Source of the DNA: Eledone cirrhosa
Lineage: Eukaryota
DNA: 64,000 nucleotides
Direction of reading: 5' to 3'
Assembly (NCBI GenBank): GCA_964016885.1
Contig: OZ024753.1
Location: 31,310,001-31,374,000 of the forward strand
Below the pieces are notes generated by a model. That model saw only the letters and a program-made list of their open reading frames with translations. It made no database searches and was not told where the DNA came from. This document shows, in pieces, positions 28,606-42,805 of the stretch. The stretch's first letter is position 1; every line of letters starts with the position of its first letter. A program made the translations under genes and the position numbers.

Positions 28606-28899
28606 ACGAGAGGGTGAAAATAAGAAAATATAGAGAGTGAGACAGAAGACACAAAGAATAAATATAGAGGCTCAGTTACAATGTGACATAGAATGAAGTT
28701 TGTACATGAAATAAAGAAAATCTTTGTATATTCAGAATAAGTTAAATGGAAATTGAGGGCAACTGGCATGTAAAGTGCTTTTCAAATATTACGACTGCGA
28801 ACAGTGTCAGAGGTCAGATAATGATTGAACATTATTATAAGAGCAGATTTAATGGTAACACTGCTCTGTATTGTTGTGTGTTACCACATTACAGTAGAA

Positions 28900-29745
28900 T
28901 GTTGATGAGGTTGCTGATGATTAATGTTGAAGTCAGTGGTGCTCGTGACGATGGTGATGATAGCAATGGTTATGATGATGGTGGTGGTGATGGTGATGAT
29001 AGTAATGGTGGTGGTGATGGTGATGGTGATGATAGTGATGGTTATGATGATGGTGGTGGTGATGGTGATGATAGTAATGGTGGTGGTGATGGTCATGGAC
29101 ATAATTATGTGATGGTGGTGGTGGTGATGATAGTAATGGTTATGAACATAGTTATATGGTGATGGTGATGATAGTATGATGGTTATGAACATAATTATAT
29201 GATGGTGGTGGTGATGGTCATGGACATAATTATGTGATGGTGGTGGTGGTGATGACGGTGGTGATGATAGTAATGGTTATGAACATAATTATATGATGGT
29301 GGTGGTGATGGTCGACATAATTATGTGATGGTGGTAGTGGTGGTGATGGTGGTGATGGTGGTGGTGGTGATGGTGGTGATGGTGATGGTCATTGACATAA
29401 TTATGATGATGATGGTGATGGTGGTGATGGTGGTGGTGGTGATGGTGGTGGTGGTGATGGTCATTGACATAATTATGATGATGGTGGTGGTGATGGCCAT
29501 GAACATAATTATATAATGATGATGATGCTGGTGGTGATGGTGTGATGATGATGATGATGATGATGATGACGAGGAGGAAGTCCGTGGTTATGATGATGGT
29601 CATGAACATAATTATAAGATGGTGATGATGGTGGTGGTGGTGATAAGGGGGACGATGATGATGGCAATGAACATAATTATAAGATGGTGAGGATGATGAT
29701 GATGGTGGCGTTGATATTGATGGTGATTGATGATGATGATGGTTA
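28900..29745. repeat. (GGT/GAT)n trinucleotide array punctuated by a recurring (G/A)ACATAATTAT motif
   Basis: Direct reading; about 11 recurrences of the motif. Confidence 0.9.
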
Positions 29746-29823
29746 TAGACACAGTTGACTTCGGTGGTTTTTGGACACGTAAAGAACTTAAATGAAATAC
29801 CGCAAAATATTTTATCCATACTC

Positions 29824-30378
29824 TTGGCACAAGGCCAGCAATTACCCCAGTACATTACTGGTACTTTATTTTGTCGACCCCGCAAGGATGAAAGGCAAAG
29901 TTAACCTTGGCGGGATTTGAACTCAGAAGGGCAAGGGCCGTAACTCTATGCGTCAAAGCATGGCGTCCGACCCTCTACTGATACTGCCAATCCACCGATA
30001 ATAATTGTTTCTACTTTTGGCACAAGGCCAGCAATTACCCCATTACATCACTGGTACTTTATTTTATCGACCCCGCAAGCATGAAAGGTAAATTTAACCT
30101 TGGCGGGATTTAAACTCAGACCGTAAAGGGACGTAACTATGCTGGAAAGCATGGCGTCCGACCCTCCACTGATACTGCCAATCCACCGATAATAATGGTT
30201 GCTAATTCAGACACGAAGCCATTAATTTGGGGGCAAGAGGAAAGTCGAATATATAAAGATCTCAGTGATTTATTGGTACTGGATATTATCGACCTAGGAG
30301 GATTTGAACTCAGTGCCATAACAAATACCGCAAGAATTTGGTTCGACTTACTAATGATTCTGTCAACCCACCGCCTTA
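29824..30378 (-). mobile_element. Tandem tRNA-derived SINEs (two well-preserved, one diverged)
   Basis: Minus-strand A box TGGCAGTATC(A/G)G, B box GAGTTCAAATCC, body TTCATCCTT..GGGGTCGATAAAATAAAGTACC, 3' GGCCTTGTGCCAAAAGTAGAAAC. Confidence 0.85.
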
Positions 30379-31132
30379 TGACACTGGTACTATTGATATT
30401 GGCAATGGTGGTTATGATGATGATGATGATGATGGTGGTGATTGTGTAGCTGTTGGTGTTGATGCTGTGTAGCTCTAAGCGAGCTCTCTGATGTCCTCAT
30501 TAGTAGAGTTTGTATGAGTACTTTCTTGTCATAGTTATACTAATGTCGATGACGCTGACCATGATGATTATGATGATGTGTATTAGAATAAGGTTGATGA
30601 TGGTGGCGGCGGTGGGTGTGGGAGTGTCGGTGATGAAGGTGCTGCTGATGATGATAATGACGGTAATATAATGTTGGAGATTGTGGCTGTGACGGTGCTG
30701 CTGATAGAGAGCATGATTATGATGATGATAATAAGAAGGCAGAAAATGTATGGTAGTTGTTGATATTTTGGGTGTGTTGTCGATCGTTAGCAAAGATCAA
30801 GCAGGTTTATGAGTGCAGAAGTATTGCAGTCATATACATCTCTTTCTCTTCTTCTACACTCCAATTGTAAGAAGACGGCATTGTGTTCCATTTCAAAGTA
30901 CACCGTACTCTAAGACTCATTCAGGTACAGAATGCAATGGAGTATTATTGTAATTGTGTTTTTAATGATGACGGTGATGCTGATGTTGTTTATGAAAACA
31001 CAATACATTATTTATCAGTAAAGAAAAGATAAGACATATATAATACAACAGCGGCTAAAATATAGGATAAAATACTGGTAGTAATTTCTGTAAATCTACA
31101 ATACAAAGTATTATGTCCCTAGCAAAAAACGT

Positions 31133-31194
<62 letters not shown>

Positions 31195-31629
31195 AATAAT
31201 GGAGCTGCGGCGTTGCAAATGGGTTACATATGAAAAAGTGTGTCCTTCATCAGTGGCCTTCCAACCGTCATAGGCATTTCATCGCTTTAAAGACCATATA
31301 CCTCAGGTTGGTGCGAGCAACGGCTAAAAAAGTCGTTGGGACACGTAAATAAAGGGGACGCGAGGGTAAACAAACAAAATGGTTTAAGCAACAGAATGTG
31401 ATGAAGAAGGAGACAAGTCCCAGATTTCTATGAATATAAATTCGGTGAAATCGTGACCGAGAGAATAAAGACCATCAGACCTGGTTGAAATGTGAGCAAG
31501 GAAGGAATTTCGCACAGGTCTAACGGGAGGAAGAAGGGGTCTGTTCTGCGAATTCGGTAACATAAGTTCTGTGAAGTCGCAGACGAGAGAGAGAGAGAGG
31601 AAAAAAAATTCATACCGGCTTGGCCAATT

Positions 31630-31661
<32 letters not shown>

Positions 31662-31999
31662 CGCATACGCCCCCTCTCTACCTATATATATATATATATA
31701 TGTGTGTTCTTTATTATGACTAAGTAGTAAGTCATGCTACTCTCGAGTTTCACCTGACATATCGAATGTTGATCTTGTGAGTGCACAAGTGAGAGACAAG
31801 AGCAACAAGACTCACCACTTAGCCACAATAAACAATGTTTATCTCAACTTTGGTATTGGCTATTAATTTACTCATGCCCAAGCCCGTCAATAACATATAT
31901 ATATATATATATATATCATATATATTACATATTAATATACATATATATCATATATTAATAATATATATATATATATATCATATATATTACATATTAATA

Positions 32000-32186
32000 A
32001 TTGTTTCTACTTTAGGCACAAGGCCAGCAATTACCCAGTACATTACTGGTACTTTATTTTATCGATCCCGTAAGGATGAAAGGCAAAGTTAACCTCGGCG
32101 GGATTTGAACTCAGACTGTAAAGGGACGTAACTATGCTAGAAAGCATGGCGTCCGACCCACTACCGATACTGCCAATTCACCGCCA
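32000..32186 (-). mobile_element. tRNA-derived SINE
   Basis: Same consensus; TTACATATTAATAAT on both sides. Confidence 0.88.
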
Positions 32187-32382
32187 TACATATTATTAAT
32201 ATTACATATTAATAATATGTATGTGTATGATATATATATATATATATATCATATATATTACATATTAATAATATGTATGTGTATGATATATATATATATA
32301 TATCATATATATTACATATTAATAATATGTATGTGTATGATATATATATATACATATATATCATATATTAATAATATATATG

Positions 32383-32422
<40 letters not shown>

Positions 32423-34977
32423 TGGGTGTGGTAACTTTCGGTGATGTATATTGGAGAATAGGAACGTAGGCGACAAAATAAATCGATGCATTTGCCAGAA
32501 GTTCCTTTGTGTTCTATTTGCTCCGTTCCAGTTTTACAGATCCTTTTTTGTGAATCTCGCCATCGTAAATTCAGTCATTTAGGGACTTCCCTATTGGAGA
32601 CTCAACGCGAATGATGCTATTATTCACAAAATTCAATATTATATAGAAACCCTCTCAAATGTTGAAATAACTTTTAATAAATATCTATATGTATATACGA
32701 ATAAATATTGAAACATATGGAACTTCAAAAGTCATATATGTTTCAACATTACATTGCGACATATATTCTAACAAAATTGTGAAGCATTGCAGATGTTTGC
32801 ATTGGGAATTGTTTCCATCAAACCGTTACAAAATATCTTTAGTATACAAATGCCAATGTTTGAGATACATATACACATCCTACAATTTCTCTTTGTCTAT
32901 AAGCTTCCGTACATTTATGTAATTCTTGTTGCATAAACCTAGTTAAGCCAGTGTTAATCCTAGCTTAACACAGAACTTATTAGCAAAGGCGTGTTATCTT
33001 TGAGCATTGAATGGGGTTTTGTTATTTTTATTGAGGCATAGCATATATTCTACTGTATTATGCAACGGCTACTTTATTTCTTAAGACGGTGGAGAATGAT
33101 TTACGAGAGAATCATAGAAGGTCCCTCACTAGCCCCTATTTATGAAACTATTGTATTTGTTTCATACAGTTTGTATACGAGTCAGTGGAGCATCCAGTGT
33201 CTGTTTATCTACATGTCTATTAACCCCTACTTCTACTTTTGTGTCTTTTATTCCTTACATTGTTCCCTTGACACACAACTTCATATTACACCGATTATAG
33301 TCAGACATTTTATAAAGAAAAGTTTTATTGAAACGCCCAATGATAAATCATTCATAAATCTGGTTATAGTAACACATACAAGAATTGTTTAAACTGTTAT
33401 CTCCTCAAGAATAATTTTGACAATAGCTATTGAAATAGAGATAATCGCATTCGTGAAAAAGCAGCAAAAGTATTGGTGAACAATAACGGAACTTACACCA
33501 TCATTATATGAACGCTTCAAGTAGTATTTTGTTAGCAAATTCTCGGAAATTACTATAGACAAGTACGTATAATTCACTATCATTCGTCTCGTTTAATACT
33601 GTTGAGTAACGTATTATTTGTTGGAGAAGACACAAATAGAGTAAAACAAAGAATCTGTAATGGAAATTCATTCCAGGAATGTTTAATTTCCATATCATTG
33701 TAGACATCATCTCATTTTTACACAATAATTTTCTCTATATATTAGATTTTTTGGCTTCTAAATCGTATGTCTCGTTTGTTTAACACAACTGCTCGTTTCA
33801 AAAACTTTTCGAACATTTCTTTCCTATCAAAGTAATTCTACCAGTCTATATTTCACTACCAATCCTAACTATTCTCTTATGTTTGGCAAAAATGTGACTG
33901 TTTTCTACTTAGATATAAGTCCTTCGTGATTTCATTTTACACATATTCACAGCTCATCGGTGGACGGAACATGTGTATTACCCTGGGAAATATACAGTCC
34001 ATCCAATGGATTCCAGCCGAACTTCCGTTTATACAATGTTACACTGGCAATAATAAAACACAGAGTAACACAGTGAAATCAAACACATAAAATATCACAT
34101 CAATATTCTTCCAATACACATTCCCACCGTCCTTCTCTTCTTCAATCTTAAAGGAGATTCAAATAGGTCGTAAATCCATTTTCTACAAAACAGTCATTTT
34201 CACTCTATCGCAATGAAATAACGCAGTCGCTGAAGTTATGCTTTTTTGCATAGGGGAAACTATACAATATGCTTTTTGCATAGGTGAAACTGTACAATAG
34301 CTGGGCGTAATTATACATGACTATATTTTTGTTTAAACCTCTTAATACTGTAAAGTAAAATTTGCATTTTACTAGATTCTTCTATCAGTATCTATCATTT
34401 AATAATAAATTGTTTACATTTCTTATTTTCAATAAAAATCTTATTAATGAACAATCTAGATACTACTGGAATAAAGTGTTCCCAACATAAAATATATTAC
34501 GAGTTGAATTTGAGGAAAATTAACTAATTTCGATTACAAATAGCTTTTTTATCTCAAAAATCAATATCTAAAGGGTTAAGTAGTAATTTAAATAATGCCT
34601 CTAACAATGAACTTCCTGCTTATCAGTAATCAGTAATATGTGATAGGTGTCATTGAAGTAGTTTCTAATAATTTATAGCAAATATTTGTCGAAACATTCT
34701 AATTACTTAATTTCAAGAAATATTTGTAAATTCCATTAAAGATACACGAAACAAAACGTTAATATGACTTATCTATAGCTTTATAATTAAATGACCTGAT
34801 TATCTTGAAGAATCATGCATCCTTAGTTTATTTACGACATGGTGATTTTTGAAAACCAATAAAACATCTGGCATCTTTTAAAAAATGTTTTTTATTAAAT
34901 TAATTATGAATATGTTGGATTAATTCTGTAAGAACGAGTGGCGAAATAAAATGGTATTCACATTTGGTTAATTATTA

Positions 34978-35166
34978 ATTGTTTCTACTTTGGGCACAAG
35001 GCCTGCAATTATCACAGTGTATTACTGGTACTTTATTTTATCGACCCCGTAAGGATGAAAGGCAAAGTTAGCCTCGGCGGGATTTGAACTCGGACCATAA
35101 AGGGTCGTAGCTCTTTGATGCAAAGCATGACGTCCGACCCTCTACCGATACTGGCATTCCACTGCC
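34978..35166 (-). mobile_element. tRNA-derived SINE (partial copy also at 35643-35718)
   Basis: Same consensus. Confidence 0.85.
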
Positions 35167-35231
35167 CTTTGGTTAATTATTAATGATATCCCTTTGTCTG
35201 GCTGTCTGTCTGTCGTCTGTCTGTCTGGCTG

Positions 35232-35272
<41 letters not shown>

Positions 35273-35954
35273 CGTCTGTCTCTCTCTGTCGTCTGTCTCT
35301 CTCTGTCGTCTGTCTCGGTCTCTCTCTCTGTCGTCTGTCTCTGTCTCTCTCTGTGATATGTATCATCCCCATTACGATAGTTTGGGAATTACGACGTGGC
35401 TATCTCGTCTGAATTTAGATAACTGCAAAGGAGAGAAGACATTAGCTATCGAGTAACATAAACATTTACAAACCTCACAATTTCATATCGGCACATTTAA
35501 AATAGCTTTACCTTAGATTTCTCGGGTTTCTTGAATGGGAATTTTTACAGAATATTATTGAATGTTAGTAGAAGGACTGGGTAAACAGGGAATAAATAAG
35601 AAAAAGATCCATCTCTATATATATGTATATATATATATTAATAATTGTTTCTACTTTTGGCACAAGGCCAGCAATTGTCCCAGTGCATGACTGGTACTTT
35701 ATTTTATCGACCCCGTAATATATATATATTAATAATAATAGTACTTATACTTATATATATAATCTATATACAATTATAAATACGAAAGGGTAATATATTG
35801 TATTACCCAATTACCAGTAAGAGAATTAGCACAATGTAAATTATTACATGTATTACAGAGCAGAAATATATATATGTATGTATGTTTCGTTGTGTATATT
35901 TATATCGTAAAGACTTAGTGCCCGACAGCTGAGCTCACGCCATTTCGACAGGGT

Positions 35955-36019
<65 letters not shown>

Positions 36020-36020
<1 letters not shown>

Positions 36021-36279
36021 ATAAATGAAGTAATTCCGTCGGAAAAGTCCAGGAAAAAAGAGTGCTCTATGTAGGTAACATAGCTTAATAGTTATGTAAT
36101 AAACAACATAAGGCGATTATTCCAGTTACCAGTGGTTTCTTAAAAGCAAAAGATTTTGCTTTCAATCCTCAGAATGAAAAAATCCTGGTCTCCAGGATTT
36201 TTTAGGATAGTGACCAGGATTTTTTCATTCTGAGGATTGAACTGGTAAATGGAATAATCGCCTTATGTTGTTTATTACA

Positions 36280-36286
<7 letters not shown>
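36020..36286. repeat. Nested asymmetric inverted repeat island
   Basis: Outer arms about 36089-36133 and 36241-36286; inner arms TTCAATCCTCAGAATGAAAAAAATCCTGGTC and its reverse complement. Confidence 0.8.
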
Positions 36287-36316
<30 letters not shown>

Positions 36317-37987
36317 ATATATATATATATAGCTGCAAGCTGTTTTATGTCTTACGTATTCCAATGTCGAACAGCTGATGTGTCAGTTGTTATAAAGGCA
36401 TCATAAGGTAGTAAAGGGTTAAGATAAAATGCTACCATCTTATTAGATTTTACAACAACTGATTAACATTCCAAGAGTATCCGATGATTAATTTCCCTGA
36501 AGCAATTATAAAGTAAGGAAAATGAAGAGTTATATCTATATGCAAAATTGAATTCTCAATCAATTTACCATTTTAATAATTCATATCTCATTTACGTAAG
36601 TGGAAATTTACGTAAGTGGAAATTGTTCGTCCCCTATGCTAGAAATAGCAGACGAATCTCCTTATAATCACAGTTTTATATATTTTTCTACTGTGCCTAT
36701 TATTATTTTGGGGACTATCGAGACTAGTAGGTGCTAGAAAAGACTGTATCCTCAATGTGGAGACTGTGCTTGAATGATTGTAAAAGATTGGACTCCACTG
36801 GACGGTTTATTATGCTTACAACACAAGTAGATATTTGAACTCAGAACAGAAAGAGCCAGAACAAATACCGAAAGGCATTTAAAAGTTCCACAAACCCATT
36901 GCATTAGACTGGGTGAGAAGCAAAGTTAGTTTCAATGAGATTTCAAGGGCAGAAAGCCGGAAGAAACGCTACAGAGCATTTTGTCCTTTTTTCGAACGAC
37001 CTTATAAATATACGGAAATGACACAATATGTAATGTACTCCTTGATATTACTAAAAAGACATGGCAAAAAACTCTTGGATCATAGATCTGCTCTGGTTAA
37101 ACAACAATTGCAAGTTAACTCTATGCAATATTTAAAATACTTTAAGCTTCATATGTGTTTTCGGTTAGGATGGCAAATCCTGTTATCAGATTTTATATGT
37201 CTGCCTCGTATCAACTAATCTTCAGTTATGAATGCGTATATTTCCGGAGTCATAACTACTTCCGGTGTTCATACGTTCAAAAACATTTTTTCTTTTTTTT
37301 TCTACTCTATTCCAAGGGAAACCACTATGTAATGCCATAATGGAGAGTGTTTCCCCTTCTTCAAAACTGGTTATACTGTATAAACATTTTTAATAAACAT
37401 AAACAAAAAATAGAGTTCCGTGCATCGCACAGTGGGATACACATAAAACCCGATCCTGTATATCTGCGTATGATCTGGTCAGTATGTAGACGTATTGTTG
37501 TTATGGGTATGGGAGGGGAATTGCGATAAAATATATTTGTATATAAACGCTAATACAATAACACACACACACACAATGCACACATATACACAATGTATAC
37601 ACACACATAACATCAATTGATTGGTTGTGTCTTAAAATAATTAGAATTTTCTGTGTGGCCACGTTAGTAATAGAGGTGAGTGAAATGTTGCGTACATACA
37701 TATTACGCATGCACACACATGTCTATTCATACACACAACACTCCCCCGTATAGATAGTCTAGACTGTCAAATGTCGTTTCTTGCCTAAAGGTAGCGTTGG
37801 GTGTATCCAACAAAGATTATCTTTGTTGGCATGTGTTGCTGAGGCTATCAGGTATATATGAGGTGGGGGTCTCTTAGCATACTGTAGATCTCAGTTCATA
37901 TTGTGACCAGAAGAGCACGAGACTGTAGTGGTGCGGGCAGGATTAGCATGTTTCACCTCTGGTATGTATATATATATATATGTATAT

Positions 37988-38207
37988 AGGAACGAGTAGG
38001 ACCCCGACGGCTGAGCTCAAGCCGTTTTGACGGCTAATTCTGGAGTAAAAAATAAATTTTTTTTTTTTTCAGTCCAGAATTAGCCGTCGAAACGGCTTGA
38101 GCTCAGCCGTTGGGGTCCTACTCGTTCCTATCACCCACTCTACTACCCTAAGTATTGAGGACTTTGGTGCGTTATGGTCCATCTGGTTCCTTACCACATT
38201 TCCTTCG

Positions 38208-38209
<2 letters not shown>
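37988..38209 (+). mobile_element. Family H fold-back element, copy 2 (A/T-run spacer)
   Basis: Homologous to 28098-28295. Confidence 0.85.
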
Positions 38210-38273
<64 letters not shown>

Positions 38274-38379
38274 ATCTATCTATCTATCTACCTATCTATG
38301 CATGCGAATTTACAAAACAATGAAAGGAAATTATTTCATACGAAATGTATTATAAATTATAGATCTTTTTAATAGGTGA

Positions 38380-39200
38380 GTTTGAAGTAGGAGTCATGAT
38401 TATACAATATATTTTTGAACTAACCGGTTTTGCAATGAGTATTTTTTCAAAAGTCTATATATGTTGAAACAGGAAGATTTTCTGCTGTGGAGTTATCTAC
38501 TTTGTTGGCGATGTACTGCCATCCTTTGTCCGATTGTCCTATTGTCAAACATGTTTGATCGTGTTCTGTTCATGGAAAACTGTGCATGTTATATATTGCA
38601 TTGTATGTGTTACACGAGATGGTGTTTGTTAGTTTTCAAAAGAAATCCCTCATTGACGTGAAATTTGGGATTTCTAATAGGTAGCTAGATTTTTCACAGT
38701 TTTTCATTTTCTAAATTCAACATCATTTATTAAGGTATGCAACCTTGCCTTCGTCAATATCTTTTTTTAGTGCTTTTGTAATGTCTATTACGTTTAAGAA
38801 TTGGGTATTTCTGTCACATGAATTTCCTTTCTCTTGTTCCTCAGTAGAATAGGTAGTTTTAGTTGTGTGTATAGATTTGGGTATTTTTCTTTCATCTCGG
38901 AGTTCCTGGATGATAACTTATGTTGGTTTTTGAATACTATTATTGATTAAAATCAGATGATATTTCTAATGGTTGAGTATTCTTTTCATCCTTTCTAGTC
39001 TGCGATCTCTTGTTTGGAGGTTTGACAATATTATGCAGATTCACTTAGTTACATTGAATAGAATATTGGTCAAAGTGTGTTTTCGATGAGATGATATAAA
39101 TAGGAGATATTATCGGGAATACGAAGGTGTGAAATATATATTTCTAGTTTTCTGTATCTTTTTTGGTTTTATATCTAAGCACTTTCGTTAACATATGGCG
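38380..39200 (-). pseudogene. Highly decayed PLE (Neptune-like GIY-YIG region) remnant
   Basis: Broken minus-strand peptides ISCNTYNAIY, IGQRMAVHRQQ and NLPVSTYIDF resemble the PLE endonuclease motifs TC...N.IY, R...HRQQI and LPVS.H.D; boundaries are approximate. Confidence 0.4.
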
Positions 39201-39217
39201 GCTGATGTCTTAGAAGG

Positions 39218-39256
<39 letters not shown>

Positions 39257-39344
39257 CACACAGACATAATCGCGTGCGCGCGCACACATATAAATATGTG
39301 TATGTATATTTAATAGGTACACACACACACACACATACACACAC

Positions 39345-39387
<43 letters not shown>

Positions 39388-39725
39388 TTGTTTTACAATG
39401 TTTCTACATCATAAGTAATACTTAACACAAATGAGAGAGAGCCGGTGTTTTTTTATCATTTGCTAGTGGCATTTTGCTTTTGTTTCCAAACACCGAGTAA
39501 CAGAAGTGTACAAACTGCTTCTCTCCTACCGGTGTTTACCGAATACTAGTAGAAGCTAAGAAATTGTTCCTGTTTGTAAGTATATTATGCATTAAATAGA
39601 TGAAAAATAATTATCAGAAAATCAATTAAAATAACATAAAAGGAAATTGTTACTGGGGTTTAAATAAATACAGAAAAGGATTATATGGTACTCGTCAATT
39701 AGAATACGTTATTTAAAAGTTTGTC

Positions 39726-39773
<48 letters not shown>

Positions 39774-39916
39774 TGGAAAAAGAGTCAGGATACCGACGGC
39801 TGAGCTCCGGCCGTTTCGATAACTAGATCTGAACAGTATTCTAGTGCGGTGCATTATGGTCCACCTGGTATCTTACCACACCCTCTTTGTTATATATATA
39901 TGTCTCTATTTTTTTT

Positions 39917-39950
39917 ACTCCCGAAGAAGGTCTAAAGCCCGAAACGTCGA
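39917..39950 (+). ncRNA. Degenerate minimal hammerhead motif (U4C core)
   Basis: TC-CCGAAGA-AGGTCT aa AGCCC-GAAAC-GTC-GA; weak stems. Confidence 0.5.
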
Positions 39951-41959
39951 ACTTTCTTTCCCCTTTTCCATATAAAGCGTGAAACTAATAAGACTTTTTG
40001 TACCTCTGTTTTCTCTTTGAACTATATGTATATATATGTTATGTGTGTGTCTACATATTCAACACGACACACTGGTCACGTGTAAAAAAGGTTGATCACC
40101 AGTACAAATTAACATGACACTTTGAAAAGGAATTCCTAGCGAAACTGGTTAGTACAAAAATTAATTAGAAATTCAATACTATTTTTGCAAACACACTTAT
40201 GTTTTAAAAAGCAAATATAATTTATTTTGTGAGAATTTCTTTCTTTACATGGTGTAGTGTAAATGTTCATGTATATTTAATAAAAACAAACGTCAGGTGC
40301 ATCTCCACATCTTTATTATTTTTCATATATATATATATATATGCGTATGTCCATGTATGTATGTGTGTATAGATCTGTGTGTGTGAGCGTGCGTGTGTAT
40401 GTCTTCGCTCTAAACATTTAAGGATGATCCACTATCAGCTTCTATTGTTTTTACTATGGGTGAGTGTTTGTTATATTGTTTCGTACAGGAAAACATAGGC
40501 ACATACACACCAACATACACACACACTTTTACAATATATACTCTTACACATACATACCACTCATAAAACCTAGCTAGCTACTTACCTACATATATACATC
40601 TTATATACATAAAATACATACATGTATGTGAATGTAAAGAGAATTGTTCAACATACTACATCTTACGAAAGATGAATAATGTATGAACATGTATTTCTAC
40701 ATCTACTGTAGAATGAATTTAGAGATAACATTGCTGGAAGAGATATACGTGTTAATATTCGAAATGAAATGTTAAATAATAAGTTTTGTGACAGTATATA
40801 TGAAATACCATTGAGTTTAAATTGTGAAGGCATTCATTAGTGTTTTGTTTCAGGGTATAGTGTGTTTTCGTCTATGATCAGTTCTTTATATGGAGAAGAC
40901 TATATTGATCTTGCTTATTTCATAGAGGGAGGTTTAAATCCTGGCCGAGTATAGAAATATTATGATAACGAACAATATTACGTTTTCTCCATTCATTTCA
41001 GTGGTGGCATAAACTTCCAATGTTTTAGTATATACTTCTGAAAGTGGTAACATTTGTTAAAGTTTTCTGCGATGGTATTTAAATCTTCTGCTGTTGTTAT
41101 AACTTTGTAGCACATAAAATATTTTCCAGCTATGCAGGCGGCATATTTTCAAATCATTTCTCTTCAGCTTTAATCCCTCAAAGATCATCCATTTAGCTAC
41201 GAATGCGGTAGCCTGTTCTTTGAAATATGAATTGTAATTGCTTAATTTTGTGGCATCTCCCATTTCTAAATATTTGAGGAAAGTATCCTTGAAGTAACGT
41301 CTTCTGTCTTTTTATAACGGTCTCTTAAATCAAGCCAGCCATAGGACGATACTACAAAACGATATTTCGTAATTGAAGAACAGGAAATATCTGTAGGTCT
41401 GTAGGGAAGATATTAGGTTGTAACATAAATTCCCGCTGTTTTTGAAAACAAACAAATTATAACAACGGCGGGAATTTATGTTACAACCCAATTTATATCT
41501 GGGTGTCTAACGCATTGAGTAGGCAGAGAGTCTTTATACTAGCATGATATTTCTCATTCGTTCGTCATCCAAGGATTAGTATCGAGCAAGCAATTATAAT
41601 TTATCGTTTATATTGCTGACCTTTCATTGAAATTGGTCCTAGATAATCTGTATAAGCTAACCCACCAGGGCGTGTAAGCAGTGACATTAAATATTAAACA
41701 TACAATATAGCCACATAGTTTAATTCGTCTTATTTTGTTTTTTACTGTCGAGTTTTTTTTATATATGTGAGACTTATAACATTTAGTTTATTTCTATGGA
41801 TGTGGACAAAGTCTGTTCACAAAATGCCCGCTATTCATTAGATAATAAATCCTATTACATGGAATTCATGCACACCAACAGCAATATATCTACGTCTTTC
41901 GTCTCTGCCATATTGTACGGAATGGAATTGGTGAAACGATAATCAGACTTAATAGGACA

Positions 41960-42805
<846 letters not shown>

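Noticed and set aside
28746-29885. Asp/Gly-rich and poly-His ORFs
   Set aside because: Translations of a (GGT/GAT)n repeat with no domain or splice support
32450-34200. Possible very old retroelement RT remnant (for example GPSLAPIY in ORF 33060-33392)
   Set aside because: Only a faint motif resemblance; I could not assemble collinear motifs by eye; needs a translated HMM search
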